In this document: piece by piece, positions 10,697 to 20,080 of the stretch
How positions within the stretch are numbered: the first letter of the stretch is position 1
Layout: each line of letters begins with the position of its first letter
Origin: Candidatus Beckwithbacteria bacterium
GTDB lineage: Bacteria; Patescibacteriota; Microgenomatia; UBA1400; CG1-02-47-37
Direction of reading: 5' to 3'
Assembly (NCBI GenBank): GCA_026397255.1
Contig: JAPLVF010000007.1
Coordinates: 3,129 to 67,128 of the forward strand
Length of the DNA stretch: 64,000 nucleotides
Made by a program: the position numbers and the translations under genes
The notes under the pieces: model-generated
Databases searched by the model: none
Told to the model about the DNA's origin: nothing
What the model saw: only the letters and a program-made list of their open reading frames with translations

Positions 10697-10725
10697 AATA
10701 TAACATTAAAAAGAGAAATTGTCAA
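10697..10725 (-). promoter_or_regulatory. Sigma70-like promoter TTGACA-17-TATATT driving the leader of the PRTase-HAD operon
   Basis: Consensus -35 and near-consensus -10 with 17-nt spacer read on the minus strand. Confidence 0.4.
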
Positions 10726-10757
10726 GGGGAAAGGAAAATTCCATTAAGGAGACACCT

Positions 10758-11036
10758 TCACTTCGTAAAGGAGTCTCCTTTTTTGAGACGAGAAAGGACT
10801 AATTGATAGCCGCCTTTGCCGTGCTTGAGCCAATAAGCCGTGCGGGTGACCGTGGTGGTGGAAACGTGAAGTTTTTTAGCGATTTTGGCGTAGGGGATAC
10901 CCTGGTATAAAAGCTCGGCCATGGCAAAACGCTTGTCAATGATTTTAATTTCTTTTAAAGTTAATAGGTCACGCCAGAAAGCGGCGACTTCACCAGTGTT
11001 TTTTAATTTTAAAATTGCCCGGTATAAATTGGACAT
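10758..11036 (-). CDS. TrpR-like DNA-binding protein (YerC/YecD family)
   Basis: 92 aa; HTH region HVSTTTVTRTAYWLKHGKGGY typical of YerC/YecD. Confidence 0.65.
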   Translation of the reverse strand: MSNLYRAILKLKNTGEVAAFWRDLLTLKEIKIIDKRFAMAELLYQGIPYAKIAKKLHVSTTTVTRTAYWLKHGKGGYQLVLSRLKKGDSFTK

Positions 11037-11720
11037 CTATTGTATTTTAGCAGATGGAGAGGCGGAAGCGGATTCAGTGGCATTGGTGGGGATCGTAGAG
11101 GCAGGATTATTTTTTCCGGGAATGACTAAAACATTTTTGACTTCGCTTAAGTTGCCGGATTTATCAAAAACAACAATAGCGAAAAGTGTGTCTTTTAACT
11201 CTAAATTATTAACGGAAGGATTGGCAATATTTTTGACAGTCAAATCAGTTTTCGTGGTAAGGGTGAGTTTTTTCCCGTCAACAGTAATTTTATTGCCGTC
11301 GATTTCTTCAATTTGGCCATCGATTAGTTGGCGGTTAATTGGTGGTTGGGGAGGAGTAAGCCGGACAATTTTTTTAGCCTCGAAGTGATTCTTATCAGGA
11401 TAAAAGAAACCTAAAGCCAGGATATAGTCATTGATTTGATAATTTTCTTTTTTAGCCAGGTAAAGCGGGTAGTTTTGGGCTTTGTAGGTAACCACGATTG
11501 AGTCATCAGCAATACTGTTTATCTGTCCAACATAGGCTTTGGGACGAGGGGCTTGGCTTTTAGTGACTAAATCCTCTTTAATTTTATCAACACCTTCTTC
11601 GGCAGTTTTTTCCAGGCGCTCTTTAATTTTGTCGGTTAAAGAAGAATCCGTGGCGGTGGCGGCCTGAACTAAGGCTGGAAATATTAACGCAATAATTATA
11701 AATAGAATAATTTTTTTCAT
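11037..11720 (-). CDS. Secreted hypothetical protein (signal peptide)
   Basis: N-terminal signal peptide MKKIILFIIIALIFPALVQA; no recognisable domain. Confidence 0.4.
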   Translation of the reverse strand: MKKIILFIIIALIFPALVQAATATDSSLTDKIKERLEKTAEEGVDKIKEDLVTKSQAPRPKAYVGQINSIADDSIVVTYKAQNYPLYLAKKENYQINDYILALGFFYPDKNHFEAKKIVRLTPPQPPINRQLIDGQIEEIDGNKITVDGKKLTLTTKTDLTVKNIANPSVNNLELKDTLFAIVVFDKSGNLSEVKNVLVIPGKNNPASTIPTNATESASASPSAKIQ

Positions 11721-12190
11721 GGTTGAATGATGCTAGTGGAATAGGTTAAAACTAAGTTTTGGGTTTGAGTAAAGCCGGTTTCATCGGAAGCGATAATGGT
11801 AATTTCGTTAAAGCCTTTAATCAGCTTGATTTTAAAGGTGAAAATGCCTTCACTATCGGCCAACGTCAAATAGCTCTGAGTTTCGGTTAAAAGGGCAATC
11901 ACGGCATTGGGCCAAGCGATACCGGAAAGAGTGATGTCACTTTGATTAATTAAATCAAAATTTTCCGGTGAAGTAATATTCAAAGTTTTTTGTTGGTTGG
12001 TAATGGTGGTGATAGGAGAGGTGGAAGTTTGAGTGGATTTTTTTTGTTTTTGGGTGTTTAAGGCTTGATTGGCGGTAAAAATACCTAAAGCAACAATTAA
12101 ACCCAAAGAGAGGCCGATAACCACGGCAATTAAAAGTTCTTTTTTCATACGGCAAACGGCACTATAACACCCTTGAGTTTTAATTGTCAA
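11717..12190 (-). CDS. Membrane-anchored hypothetical protein
   Basis: Single N-terminal TM; 4-nt overlap with downstream secreted protein gene. Confidence 0.4.
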   Translation of the reverse strand: MTIKTQGCYSAVCRMKKELLIAVVIGLSLGLIVALGIFTANQALNTQKQKKSTQTSTSPITTITNQQKTLNITSPENFDLINQSDITLSGIAWPNAVIALLTETQSYLTLADSEGIFTFKIKLIKGFNEITIIASDETGFTQTQNLVLTYSTSIIQP

Positions 12191-12220
12191 GAAAATGGTT
12201 TTATGTTAGATTAGGTTCAT

Positions 12221-12673
12221 ATGGATATAAGTTTATTGCCAAAAGCCGGCTTTCTATTAAAATACAGAAATGTCAAAGTGACAGTTGAGCCAGAGGAAAA
12301 TAAAGTGGAAGCAGAAGGAGAAACGGTCGTTATTAAAGGAGCAGGTGAATATGAAGTTAAAGGTGTCAGTATTTTTGGTACTAAGATTAACAAAGAGGTA
12401 ATTTATACTTTTGACATTGACGAGTTACGGGTGGCATATTTGGGAGAATTTAAAGAAAAATTAAGTGACAGTCAACTTGATTGGTTAGACGGAGTAGACG
12501 TTTTATTAGTTTCGGGGCAATCAGCGGAAATAGTTAAACAAATTGGGCCGTCTTTGGCCGTGAGTCCTGAACCAATTAAAGGTATCGAAGGAATGTCGAG
12601 ACAGGAAAAGAAACTGACGATCAGCAAGTTGCAGCTACCGGAAGAAATGAAAGTGATTGTTTTATATGCCTAA
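12221..12673 (+). CDS. Hypothetical protein
   Basis: 150 aa ORF overlapping dnaB start; no confident family. Confidence 0.3.
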   Translation: MDISLLPKAGFLLKYRNVKVTVEPEENKVEAEGETVVIKGAGEYEVKGVSIFGTKINKEVIYTFDIDELRVAYLGEFKEKLSDSQLDWLDGVDVLLVSGQSAEIVKQIGPSLAVSPEPIKGIEGMSRQEKKLTISKLQLPEEMKVIVLYA

Positions 12674-13982
12674 TCAAATGAAGGTGCCGCCGCACAGTGA
12701 GGAAGCCGAAGAGTCGGTTTTAGGCGCGGTGTTAATTGATAAAGACGCAGTGGTGGAAGTGGCGGAATTATTACAGCCGAGTTTTTTTTATGAAGACAAA
12801 CACGCCTTAATTTTTGAGTGTGTCAGGGAACTTTACAATGAAAGGGAGCCGATTGACGTAGTGACGGTGGCGGAAAAATTAAAGACAAGAAAAAGTTTAA
12901 AAAAAATCGGCGGAGTGGCTTATTTAACGGAGTTAGTTAACCGCGTGCCGACTTCGGCGCACGCGGTTAACTATGCCAAGATTATTAAAAACTTAGCGAC
13001 CAAGCGGGAGTTGATCAGTCAGGCGTCAAAGATGGTGGAAGATTCGTTCGATGAAACCGCTGGTTTGGATAGGATTTTAGACCAGGCGGAAAAGGCGATA
13101 TTCTCTCTTTCCCAGCAGCACCTGATCAGAAATTTTATCCATATTAAGGATGCCTTAGCGGAATCGTTTGACCGCTTGGACGAGTTGCATAAAACCAGCG
13201 GCGGCATGCGGGGAGTGCCGACGGGATTTAATGATCTGGACAATGTTTTGGCCGGAATGCAACGGAGCAATCTGTTAATTTTGGCGGCCCGGCCGGGAAT
13301 GGGAAAAACTTCTTTAGCTTTAAACATCGCCCAATTTGTGGCGGTCAATCATAAAATTCCGGTTGGTTTTTTTTCACTGGAAATGAGCCAGGAAGAATTG
13401 GTGGACCGCTTGCTGGTGTCCCAGGCGGATATTGATGCCTGGAGATTAAAAACCGGTAAATTGAATGAGATGGATTTTGCTAAATTGTCCGATGCGATGG
13501 GAGAATTGGCCGAAGCCCCGCTTTATGTTGATGATACGCCGGGAATGTCGATTATGGAGATGAGGACGAAAGCCAGAAGGCTGCAGATTGAGCACGGGGT
13601 GCAGTTTTTAGTCGTTGATTATCTGCAGTTAGCCCATTCGCGAAATTTGGAAAACCGGGTGCAGGAGATTTCCGAGGTGTCGATGGGTTTGAAAAATTTG
13701 GCGAGGGAGTTAAAAGTGCCGGTGTTGGCTTTGTCGCAGCTGTCGCGGGCAGTGGAACACCGGGGGAACCCCAAGCCCCAGCTGGCGGATTTGCGCGAGT
13801 CCGGCGGTATTGAACAGGATGCCGACGTGGTGATGTTTTTATTCCGCCAGGATGAGAATGATTTGGAAAACTGTAAATTGTGGATTGCCAAACACCGGAA
13901 TGGTCCCTTGGCGACGGTTGACCTTCGTTTCCGCGGCGACCGCATCCGTTTTTACGGAATGGAAAAAAAGAGAAAAGAATAG
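12657..13982 (+). CDS. dnaB: Replicative DNA helicase DnaB
   Basis: N-terminal EEAEESVLGAVLID; Walker A GMGKTS; RecA-like C-domain. Confidence 0.95.
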   Translation: MFYMPNQMKVPPHSEEAEESVLGAVLIDKDAVVEVAELLQPSFFYEDKHALIFECVRELYNEREPIDVVTVAEKLKTRKSLKKIGGVAYLTELVNRVPTSAHAVNYAKIIKNLATKRELISQASKMVEDSFDETAGLDRILDQAEKAIFSLSQQHLIRNFIHIKDALAESFDRLDELHKTSGGMRGVPTGFNDLDNVLAGMQRSNLLILAARPGMGKTSLALNIAQFVAVNHKIPVGFFSLEMSQEELVDRLLVSQADIDAWRLKTGKLNEMDFAKLSDAMGELAEAPLYVDDTPGMSIMEMRTKARRLQIEHGVQFLVVDYLQLAHSRNLENRVQEISEVSMGLKNLARELKVPVLALSQLSRAVEHRGNPKPQLADLRESGGIEQDADVVMFLFRQDENDLENCKLWIAKHRNGPLATVDLRFRGDRIRFYGMEKKRKE

Positions 13983-14009
13983 AGTGGCGCGGGAGAGAAT
14001 TCCAATTTG

Positions 14010-14093
14010 TGCCAGAGGTGGGACTTGAACCCACACGGAGTTACCTCCACACGATTTTGAGTCGTGCTTGTATACCGATTTCAACACTCTGGC
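14010..14093 (-). tRNA. tRNA-Leu (anticodon CAA), long variable arm
   Basis: Manual fold: acceptor GCCAGAG/CTCTGGC, anticodon loop CTCAAAA, T-loop GGTTCAAGTCC; CCA not encoded. Confidence 0.8.
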
Positions 14094-14125
14094 TTTTTTT
14101 GACAGGATGACTATAATTCTATCAT

Positions 14126-14701
14126 ATGCTTAACGTGAACCAACTAAGAAACGGGACCGCCTTTGAAATGGATGGCCAGCCGTACTTGGTTATAAAGTAC
14201 GAATTTACTAAGATGGGGCGGGGAAATGCCACGATTAAAGTCCGCGTCAGAAATTTAAACACCCAGTCAGTAACGATGATGGGTTTTTCAAGCGGCGGGA
14301 GCGTTGATGACATTCAGCTCAGGCGCAAAAAGATGCAGTATCTTTATGCGGATGCCAACAACAGTGTGTTTATGGACCCGGTTAGTTTTGAACAAATTGA
14401 GATTGATAACGAGTTAATTAAAGAACAAAAACCGTATTTAGCTGATGGGTTGGAAGTCCAAGTTTTATTTTGGGACCCTTCGACGGGCTCAGGACTTACG
14501 GCTTTATCGGTAGAACTGCCGCCAAAGTTAACGTTTATAGTCAAAGAAACCGGGCCGGGAGAGAAGGGGAATAGCGTGTCAAACATGTATAAATCGGCGG
14601 TTTTGAACAATGGTTTGCAGGTTAAGATTCCCTTGTTTATTAAACAAGGCGAAAAGGTGATTATTGATACGCGCGAGGGTAACTACGTTTCTAGAGCTTA
14701 G
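14126..14701 (+). CDS. efp: Elongation factor P
   Basis: EF-P N-terminal KOW-like region; TATAAT at 14112-14117 just upstream of the ATG. Confidence 0.9.
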   Translation: MLNVNQLRNGTAFEMDGQPYLVIKYEFTKMGRGNATIKVRVRNLNTQSVTMMGFSSGGSVDDIQLRRKKMQYLYADANNSVFMDPVSFEQIEIDNELIKEQKPYLADGLEVQVLFWDPSTGSGLTALSVELPPKLTFIVKETGPGEKGNSVSNMYKSAVLNNGLQVKIPLFIKQGEKVIIDTREGNYVSRA

Positions 14702-15128
14702 CGATTAAAACCACCAGAACAACAACTAAAATTTGTAAAACTAACCCCCAGGGGAGATTAAGTTTGTGATGTAGCCGGCTTTGGAGTTTTTTAATCGTGG
14801 AAAAAGGCGGGAAGCTCCAGTTTAAGATATGAAAAGGCGCTTCCAGCCAGTCAGGCAGTTGAGCGATAAACATCATCGGAAAGAGGTAGGCGTAGGTCAC
14901 TTGGGATTTAAAAATTAGCCAACCTAAAAAGAAGCCGATAAAGGCATCGCTCAAAGAAACAGCAATAGTTCTAGTTTTAGAGTGAATAATTTTTCGGGTA
15001 CGAAAATCCCAGTGAGGGATCAGGTCCAGGAGAAAATGGGAGCATAAGTTAATCGGGTAGCCAAGATAAGGATTAGGGATAAGCTTGGCGATGGCGGCCC
15101 CAACCAGAGCGTGCGAGGTAACGAGCAT
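14691..15128 (-). CDS. Membrane protein, possible DUF457/YdjM-like metal-dependent hydrolase
   Basis: N-terminal MLVTSHALVG... pattern with His residues; 3-4 TMs. Confidence 0.35.
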   Translation of the reverse strand: MLVTSHALVGAAIAKLIPNPYLGYPINLCSHFLLDLIPHWDFRTRKIIHSKTRTIAVSLSDAFIGFFLGWLIFKSQVTYAYLFPMMFIAQLPDWLEAPFHILNWSFPPFSTIKKLQSRLHHKLNLPWGLVLQILVVVLVVLIAKL

Positions 15129-15866
15129 GGTGTTATTATATACTATAAAGTTATGTGGCCAACATTAATTGCTTTCGGTCCATTAGTAATCCATTCTTTT
15201 GGCTTTTTATTAGCCCTGGGAGTGTTTTTCGGCGGCTTTGTGTTTTGGCAAAAAGGTAGGGAAGAAGGAACAGCCGAAGAAGAATTGATGGATTGCTGGC
15301 TGGTAAGCGGAATAGTCAGTTTGCTGACTGCCAGAGTTTGGTTTGTGTTGACTAATTGGGGGCAGTTTAATAATTGGTACAGAATTATTTTTTTAACGAA
15401 GTTCCCGGGTTTGGCTTATGAGGGGGCCTTCTTCGGTTTTTGGCTGATAGTGGTAATCTGGGCGGTTAGAAAACATTGGCCTTGGTGGCCGATTTTGGAA
15501 ACAGCAGTTTTTGCTGAATTAATCGTGGAGATTTTTGGTAGGTTAGGTAGATGGTTAGCTGTCGGGACAATAAAAATGCCGTTCGAATTGATTTTTAGTG
15601 CGAGTTTAGCTTTATTCTATTTTATTTTTAAAAAATGGGAGAAGAAATATCGAAGTGCTTTTAAGCCGGGTTTTTTAGTAGCAGCCTATTTATTGGTTTT
15701 GGGAACAATAAACGCCCTGGTTACATTGTGGTTTGGTTTAATATTGGTAATCGGCGGATACTTGCTTTTAATAAATCGGTGGGGTAAACTGGCAGAACTA
15801 TTTAAAAAGCAACCGGTGGCAATTAAAAAGCATAACCGCAAAAAATTAGGATTTGATTTTAAATAA
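15111..15866 (+). CDS. lgt: Prolipoprotein diacylglyceryl transferase (probable true start ~15153)
   Basis: IAFGPLVIHSFGFLLALGVFFG resembles Lgt N-terminus; FGRLGRW resembles the Lgt GRxGN signature. Confidence 0.55.
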   Translation: MRGNEHGVIIYYKVMWPTLIAFGPLVIHSFGFLLALGVFFGGFVFWQKGREEGTAEEELMDCWLVSGIVSLLTARVWFVLTNWGQFNNWYRIIFLTKFPGLAYEGAFFGFWLIVVIWAVRKHWPWWPILETAVFAELIVEIFGRLGRWLAVGTIKMPFELIFSASLALFYFIFKKWEKKYRSAFKPGFLVAAYLLVLGTINALVTLWFGLILVIGGYLLLINRWGKLAELFKKQPVAIKKHNRKKLGFDFK

Positions 15867-16257
15867 TCCGCCGGAGGCGAGACAAGTTATGTCCAGAATT
15901 AAATTTCCTTTACCGGTACTAAAGCCTGTCAGCAATTATTTAAAAACTGAAGAGAAGAAATTAAAACAGAGAAAGAAAGAGTTGGAAAAAGAAGATCCGT
16001 TTACTAACCACGACAGAGTGAATGATAATGCGGCAATTGATGCCGAGGCGGCGGAGGAATCCGGTCATGATCGGGTATCGGCCCTGAAATTGGAAGTAGA
16101 CAGAATGCTGGTCAGAATCCGCAAGACGTTAACCAGGATTAAACTGGGGAAATTCGGTTTGTGTGAAAAGTGCGGAAAGATGATTGATACTGACCGGCTG
16201 GCAATTGATCCGACGGCGACGGAATGCATTGTTTGTGCCAATAAAAAAAAGGACTAA
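15853..16257 (+). CDS. DksA/TraR-family C4 zinc-finger protein
   Basis: C-terminal CEKCGKMI...CIVC four-Cys zinc finger. Confidence 0.6.
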   Translation: MILNNPPEARQVMSRIKFPLPVLKPVSNYLKTEEKKLKQRKKELEKEDPFTNHDRVNDNAAIDAEAAEESGHDRVSALKLEVDRMLVRIRKTLTRIKLGKFGLCEKCGKMIDTDRLAIDPTATECIVCANKKKD

Positions 16258-16568
16258 TGAATTTTATTGTTAATTCTGGAATAATTTGGGGAATAGGAGC
16301 GAAACTGGGGCAGTATTGGATCTGGCTGATTGGGGGAACTCTTTTATTAATGATCAGAGTGTTTGGTTGGTCCCTGGGAACGGTTTTAATTTTGGTAGGG
16401 GGTTTAAGCAATTTAATTGATAGGATAAGGTTTGGTGGGGTGGTTGATTATATCTCGATCGGTTGGTGGCCCAGTTTTAATTTAGCGGATTGCTTTATTC
16501 TGGCAGGGGTAGTTATTTTACTGTATAGTCGTTGGTATGAGAGAACCTCAGATAGTTTACGAAGATGA
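16257..16568 (+). CDS. lspA: Lipoprotein signal peptidase II (N-terminally short)
   Basis: Motifs NSGIIWG, SNLIDR, FNLAD; only 103 aa. Confidence 0.65.
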   Translation: MNFIVNSGIIWGIGAKLGQYWIWLIGGTLLLMIRVFGWSLGTVLILVGGLSNLIDRIRFGGVVDYISIGWWPSFNLADCFILAGVVILLYSRWYERTSDSLRR

Positions 16569-17217
16569 TGATTTGATAGTTTTGGACAAATTAGCAGGAA
16601 TGGTAGTAAATAAAGCCAAGACGACAAAAGATAAAATGACGGTCGAGGATTGGTTGGAAAAAAAAGGCATTAACTTAGATAGGCACGGAATTGTGCACCG
16701 TTTAGATAAAGAAACCAGTGGTTTATTGTTGGTGGCTAAGACCGAAGAGGCAATGGAGAATTTACAAAAACAGTTTAAGGATAGACAAGTGGAAAAAGTT
16801 TATTGGGCGTTGGTGCACGGTCGGATGGCGCCGGAAGAGGGGATAATTGATTTGCCGATTACCAGAAACCCCTTTAACCGGAAGCGATTCGGAGTTTTTG
16901 TCGGAGGAAGAAAAGCGGTAACAAAATACCGGGTGTTAGAGTATTTTGACAACTTTTCTTTGGTGGAAGTTAGGCCGAAAACCGGCCGGACCCACCAAAT
17001 TCGGGTCCATTTTAAATATCGGGGTTGTCCTTTAGTGGCTGATGGCTTGTATGCTGGTCGAAAAACCAGCAATCAGGACAGGCGTTGGTGTCCCAGACTG
17101 TTTTTACAGGCGAAAGAAATCACTTTTTTACACCCGAAAACATTAAAAAAAATGGAGTTTAAACTGGGATTAGCAAACGATTTACAGAGAGTGCTCAATA
17201 AACTAAAAAAAGCTTGA
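16537..17217 (+). CDS. RluA-family pseudouridine synthase (RluD-like, no S4 domain)
   Basis: HRLDKETSGLLLVAKT catalytic motif; follows lspA as in many bacteria. Confidence 0.8.
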   Translation: MREPQIVYEDDDLIVLDKLAGMVVNKAKTTKDKMTVEDWLEKKGINLDRHGIVHRLDKETSGLLLVAKTEEAMENLQKQFKDRQVEKVYWALVHGRMAPEEGIIDLPITRNPFNRKRFGVFVGGRKAVTKYRVLEYFDNFSLVEVRPKTGRTHQIRVHFKYRGCPLVADGLYAGRKTSNQDRRWCPRLFLQAKEITFLHPKTLKKMEFKLGLANDLQRVLNKLKKA

Positions 17218-17303
17218 TATTACTGTCTAAATTAAAAACATGTTTTCTTTAGCAATCACAAAAAACGAATTTGTTAAGGGAAAATGATATAGTTTGAATA
17301 TAA

Positions 17304-18110
17304 ATGAAACAGTTTAAAAAACCAAGACAACAAAAAGTTGTTTGGAAAAAATATTTGACATTTTTTTTAATTTTTACTTCGATTTTAGTTGGTGGGGCTG
17401 TGGGTATTAAAGAAGTCAAAGCCAGTCTTTGGGACGGACAAACTAATTTTGCTTGGGTGGAACAAGATAAAGATATCAAGGTGATTTTACTGATTCCCCA
17501 GCAGAAAAAAGAAGTTGCTTTTGCTATTTCGGCAGAGGCTTTGGCAAAAGTCGGTTTCGGTTTCGGCGAGTATCGGTTGGGGAAAGTTTTTGACCTAGGA
17601 GAATTGGAAAAAAAAGGCGGAAAATTACTGGCAAGAACAGCTCAAGACCTCTTGGGTATCGGCGTGACTGGTTGGCAGATAGGAGGGAAGAGCAATTTAA
17701 GCCATTGGGACCGGTTAAGAATTGCCTGGTTTAGAACTTGGCAGGAAAAAGGCCGAGTGAGAAAAATTGATTGGCAACAAAGCAGTGATGACTTAATCCA
17801 TCAGGCAGTCTTTGATGAAAAGATTGCGGCGGAAGGACTAACCGTGGCGGTTCTCAACGCGACTGATACCGAAGGAGTAGGTAATGCTCTCAGCCGGCAA
17901 ATTGACAATTTGGGGTTTGAGGTGACTTTAATCGGTAATAAAGACAACGAAAAACAAAGCTATTTTTTAATTAATGAGCGTTTTAAAAATAAACAGGCTT
18001 TACTGAGTTTAAGAAAATGGCTGAATATTAATTTAGTTAAATATGGTGATGTGGATGAGTATAGGTCTGATATAGTAGTGGTAGTTGGCGAGGACTATAC
18101 TACTCTATAA
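17304..18110 (+). CDS. LytR_C domain-containing membrane-anchored protein
   Basis: N-terminal TM; C-terminal VAVLNATDTEGVGNALSRQIDNLGFEV resembles the LytR C-terminal domain. Confidence 0.5.
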   Translation: MKQFKKPRQQKVVWKKYLTFFLIFTSILVGGAVGIKEVKASLWDGQTNFAWVEQDKDIKVILLIPQQKKEVAFAISAEALAKVGFGFGEYRLGKVFDLGELEKKGGKLLARTAQDLLGIGVTGWQIGGKSNLSHWDRLRIAWFRTWQEKGRVRKIDWQQSSDDLIHQAVFDEKIAAEGLTVAVLNATDTEGVGNALSRQIDNLGFEVTLIGNKDNEKQSYFLINERFKNKQALLSLRKWLNINLVKYGDVDEYRSDIVVVVGEDYTTL

Positions 18111-18131
18111 AAGAGGTATAAAATTTAAGCT

Positions 18132-18842
18132 ATGTCCGGACATTCTAAGTGGGCGACCATTAAGCATAAAAAGGCGGTGACTGACAATAAGCGGGGTCAG
18201 ATATTTACTAAATTGATCAGAGCGATTACTGTCGCGGCGAGAGACGGCGGTGATTTAAATAGTAATTTTAAGTTAAGATTAGCGGTAGAAAAAGCCAGAG
18301 TAGTCAATATGCCCAAAGCTAACATTGAGCGGGCAGTGGAGCGTGGCAGCGGGGTCGGAGAGGGAGGCAGTGGGTTAGCGGAGGGGGTCTATGAGGGTTT
18401 TGGCCCGGGGAATATGGCAGTGATGGTGTCAGTTTTAACCGATAATAAAAATCGGACAGCCAGCGAGATAAAAAAAATTTTCGAAAGGGGTGGGGGAACA
18501 TTAGGACAGCCGGGCTCAGTGGCTTTTTTATTCGATAAAAAGGGCAGGTTATTGATTGAAAAAAAAGCCGAGACGGAAAGTGAAATTCTACAATTAATTG
18601 ATTTAGGGGCGGAGGATGTGGAAGAAGCGGAAGACGGAATTGAAGTTTTAACCCAGGCAAACAAATTAGCGGAAACAAAATTAAAAGTTGATCAGGCAGG
18701 TTTTACGGTTAAAGAAGCGGAATTGGTGTTTGTGCCGAAAAATTATTTGGTTTTAGAAGAGGAAATGAAAGGAAAGGCATTCCAGTTTTTAGAGACGTTA
18801 GATAATCATGATGATGTGCAGGAAGTTTATTCGAATATATGA
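18132..18842 (+). CDS. yebC: YebC/PmpR-family transcriptional regulator
   Basis: MSGHSKWATIKHKKA... hallmark N-terminus. Confidence 0.9.
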   Translation: MSGHSKWATIKHKKAVTDNKRGQIFTKLIRAITVAARDGGDLNSNFKLRLAVEKARVVNMPKANIERAVERGSGVGEGGSGLAEGVYEGFGPGNMAVMVSVLTDNKNRTASEIKKIFERGGGTLGQPGSVAFLFDKKGRLLIEKKAETESEILQLIDLGAEDVEEAEDGIEVLTQANKLAETKLKVDQAGFTVKEAELVFVPKNYLVLEEEMKGKAFQFLETLDNHDDVQEVYSNI

Positions 18843-19606
18843 GTAAGCGGACCAAGTTAGCAGTGACGGCGTTGGTGTTGACTTTGGGGTTAATCGGCAT
18901 TCAGTCGATTGAAATTGATTCACGCTATCAGGCGATCGGGCTTTTGGCGGGAATGGCCTATGGTTTGTCCGTCTGGGCTTTATTTGACGATTTGAAAGGA
19001 ATTGAATGGTTGACGGTGTTAATTTTGCCGGTTTTTTATCCGGTAGCGGTGGCTCTTTTCTATTTTTTATTGCCGGTAAGGTTATTGAGCCGGGTGATGA
19101 TTTTAAGTGTGTTTGGAATCGGCATGTATGCACTCCTCCTGACCGAGAATATTTTGTCAGTAGCGGCAATCAGGACGATTCAGTTATTAAGAGCGGCTCA
19201 CGCGGTGGGATTTTTAATTACTTTGGTAGTGGCCTTTTTTCTCTGGGATACGCTTTTCTCTTTCCGCTTCTTCCCTTGGTGGAATGGCTTGGCGGTTGGT
19301 TTAACTAGTTTAGGTTTAAGTTTACAGGCGGTTTGGAGTGTTAATCTTGAGGAAAAAATTTCTAAGGAAGTTTGGCAAAACAGTTTGGGCATTAGTTGGG
19401 GATTGGGAACATTGGCTTTAGTGATCAGCTTTTGGCCGGTAACCATTACCGTGGCTTCTCTGTTTTTAGTCAGTGGGTTATACGTCACGTTGGGTTTGGT
19501 GCAACATCGATTTTCCGGTAGATTATTTAGAAAAACCGTGGAGGAATATTTATGGGTAGCAGGATTAGTTTTAGGAATAACCTTTTTTTTAAGCCGTTGG
19601 CAATAG
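18839..19606 (+). CDS. Polytopic membrane protein, unknown function
   Basis: ~7 predicted TMs; overlaps yebC stop by 4 nt. Confidence 0.4.
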   Translation: MSKRTKLAVTALVLTLGLIGIQSIEIDSRYQAIGLLAGMAYGLSVWALFDDLKGIEWLTVLILPVFYPVAVALFYFLLPVRLLSRVMILSVFGIGMYALLLTENILSVAAIRTIQLLRAAHAVGFLITLVVAFFLWDTLFSFRFFPWWNGLAVGLTSLGLSLQAVWSVNLEEKISKEVWQNSLGISWGLGTLALVISFWPVTITVASLFLVSGLYVTLGLVQHRFSGRLFRKTVEEYLWVAGLVLGITFFLSRWQ

Positions 19607-19742
19607 CAGTAGAGGAGTAGTAAGGCCTATAATACATATTAACCTATAATAATTATAGGACTTTTCACAAAATCTTCTGATTGTTTTCACGATTTGGATT
19701 GTCATATCAAGCTTTTTTCATCGTGGTGGTTTGATATAGTCT

Positions 19743-19751
19743 TGTGGATAA
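19743..19751 (-). promoter_or_regulatory. Perfect DnaA box (TTATCCACA, inverted)
   Basis: tgtggataa read directly. Confidence 0.5.
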
Positions 19752-19921
19752 CTTTAGAGGACTACTTAGATAAGATAATAGATATTAGTAATTTGATATT
19801 AAAAGTTTACTGGCATGTTTAGTAGGGGTGTGGAGGTAGGAGAAGAATTGGAATTAATCTTTACTACCCTAAGGAGAGTTGTCAGCAATTGATAGGTTAG
19901 GGCTTTATTCGGGTATTGATT

Positions 19922-19950
19922 ATGTCGCACAATGTATCTTTTGCGACCAT
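19922..19950. other. dif-like Xer recombination site candidate (11-6-11: ATGTCGCACAA TGTATC TTTTGCGACCAT)
   Basis: GTCGCA / TGCGAC inverted arms around a TGTATC centre resembling the dif central TGTATA; ~540 bp upstream of the XerD-like gene. Confidence 0.4.
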
Positions 19951-19984
19951 GCTTCAGGCAATGGGGAGAGGGGGTGTTTGTTAG

Positions 19985-20080
19985 TACAAAGTTGTCGAAT
20001 AAAAAATATTTAGAAATTTTTTTAAATATATCAGCTATTTAATTTTTGTAATTCCTCTATTTCAGGCGGATTAGCCTTTT
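19985..20080. other. AT-rich tract (candidate DNA unwinding element)
   Basis: ~85% AT over ~95 bp between the repeats and DnaA boxes. Confidence 0.35.

Noticed and set aside
10555-10700. preQ1-I or purine riboswitch in the PRTase-HAD leader
   Set aside because: No A-rich pseudoknot tail or CUA motif of preQ1-I, and no GUUUCUAC / CCGUAAAU purine-riboswitch signatures. Kept only as a generic attenuator candidate.
10758-10760. Alternative genetic code (UGA recoding as in some CPR lineages)
   Set aside because: TGA terminates the TrpR-like gene with the expected C-terminus, and gene lengths are normal under code 11.
13552-14034. 160-aa minus-strand ORF overlapping dnaB and tRNA-Leu (and similar antisense ORFs, e.g. 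1498-2022, 13019-13348, 18319-18678, 20766-21356, 33395-33811)
   Set aside because: Fully embedded antisense to well-supported genes, low-complexity or Pro/Ser-rich translations. Judged spurious.
14094-14125. Canonical -35/-10 promoter pair for efp
   Set aside because: TATAAT is present (14112-14117) but TTGACA lies only 7 nt upstream, so only a -10 element (leaderless transcript) is supported.
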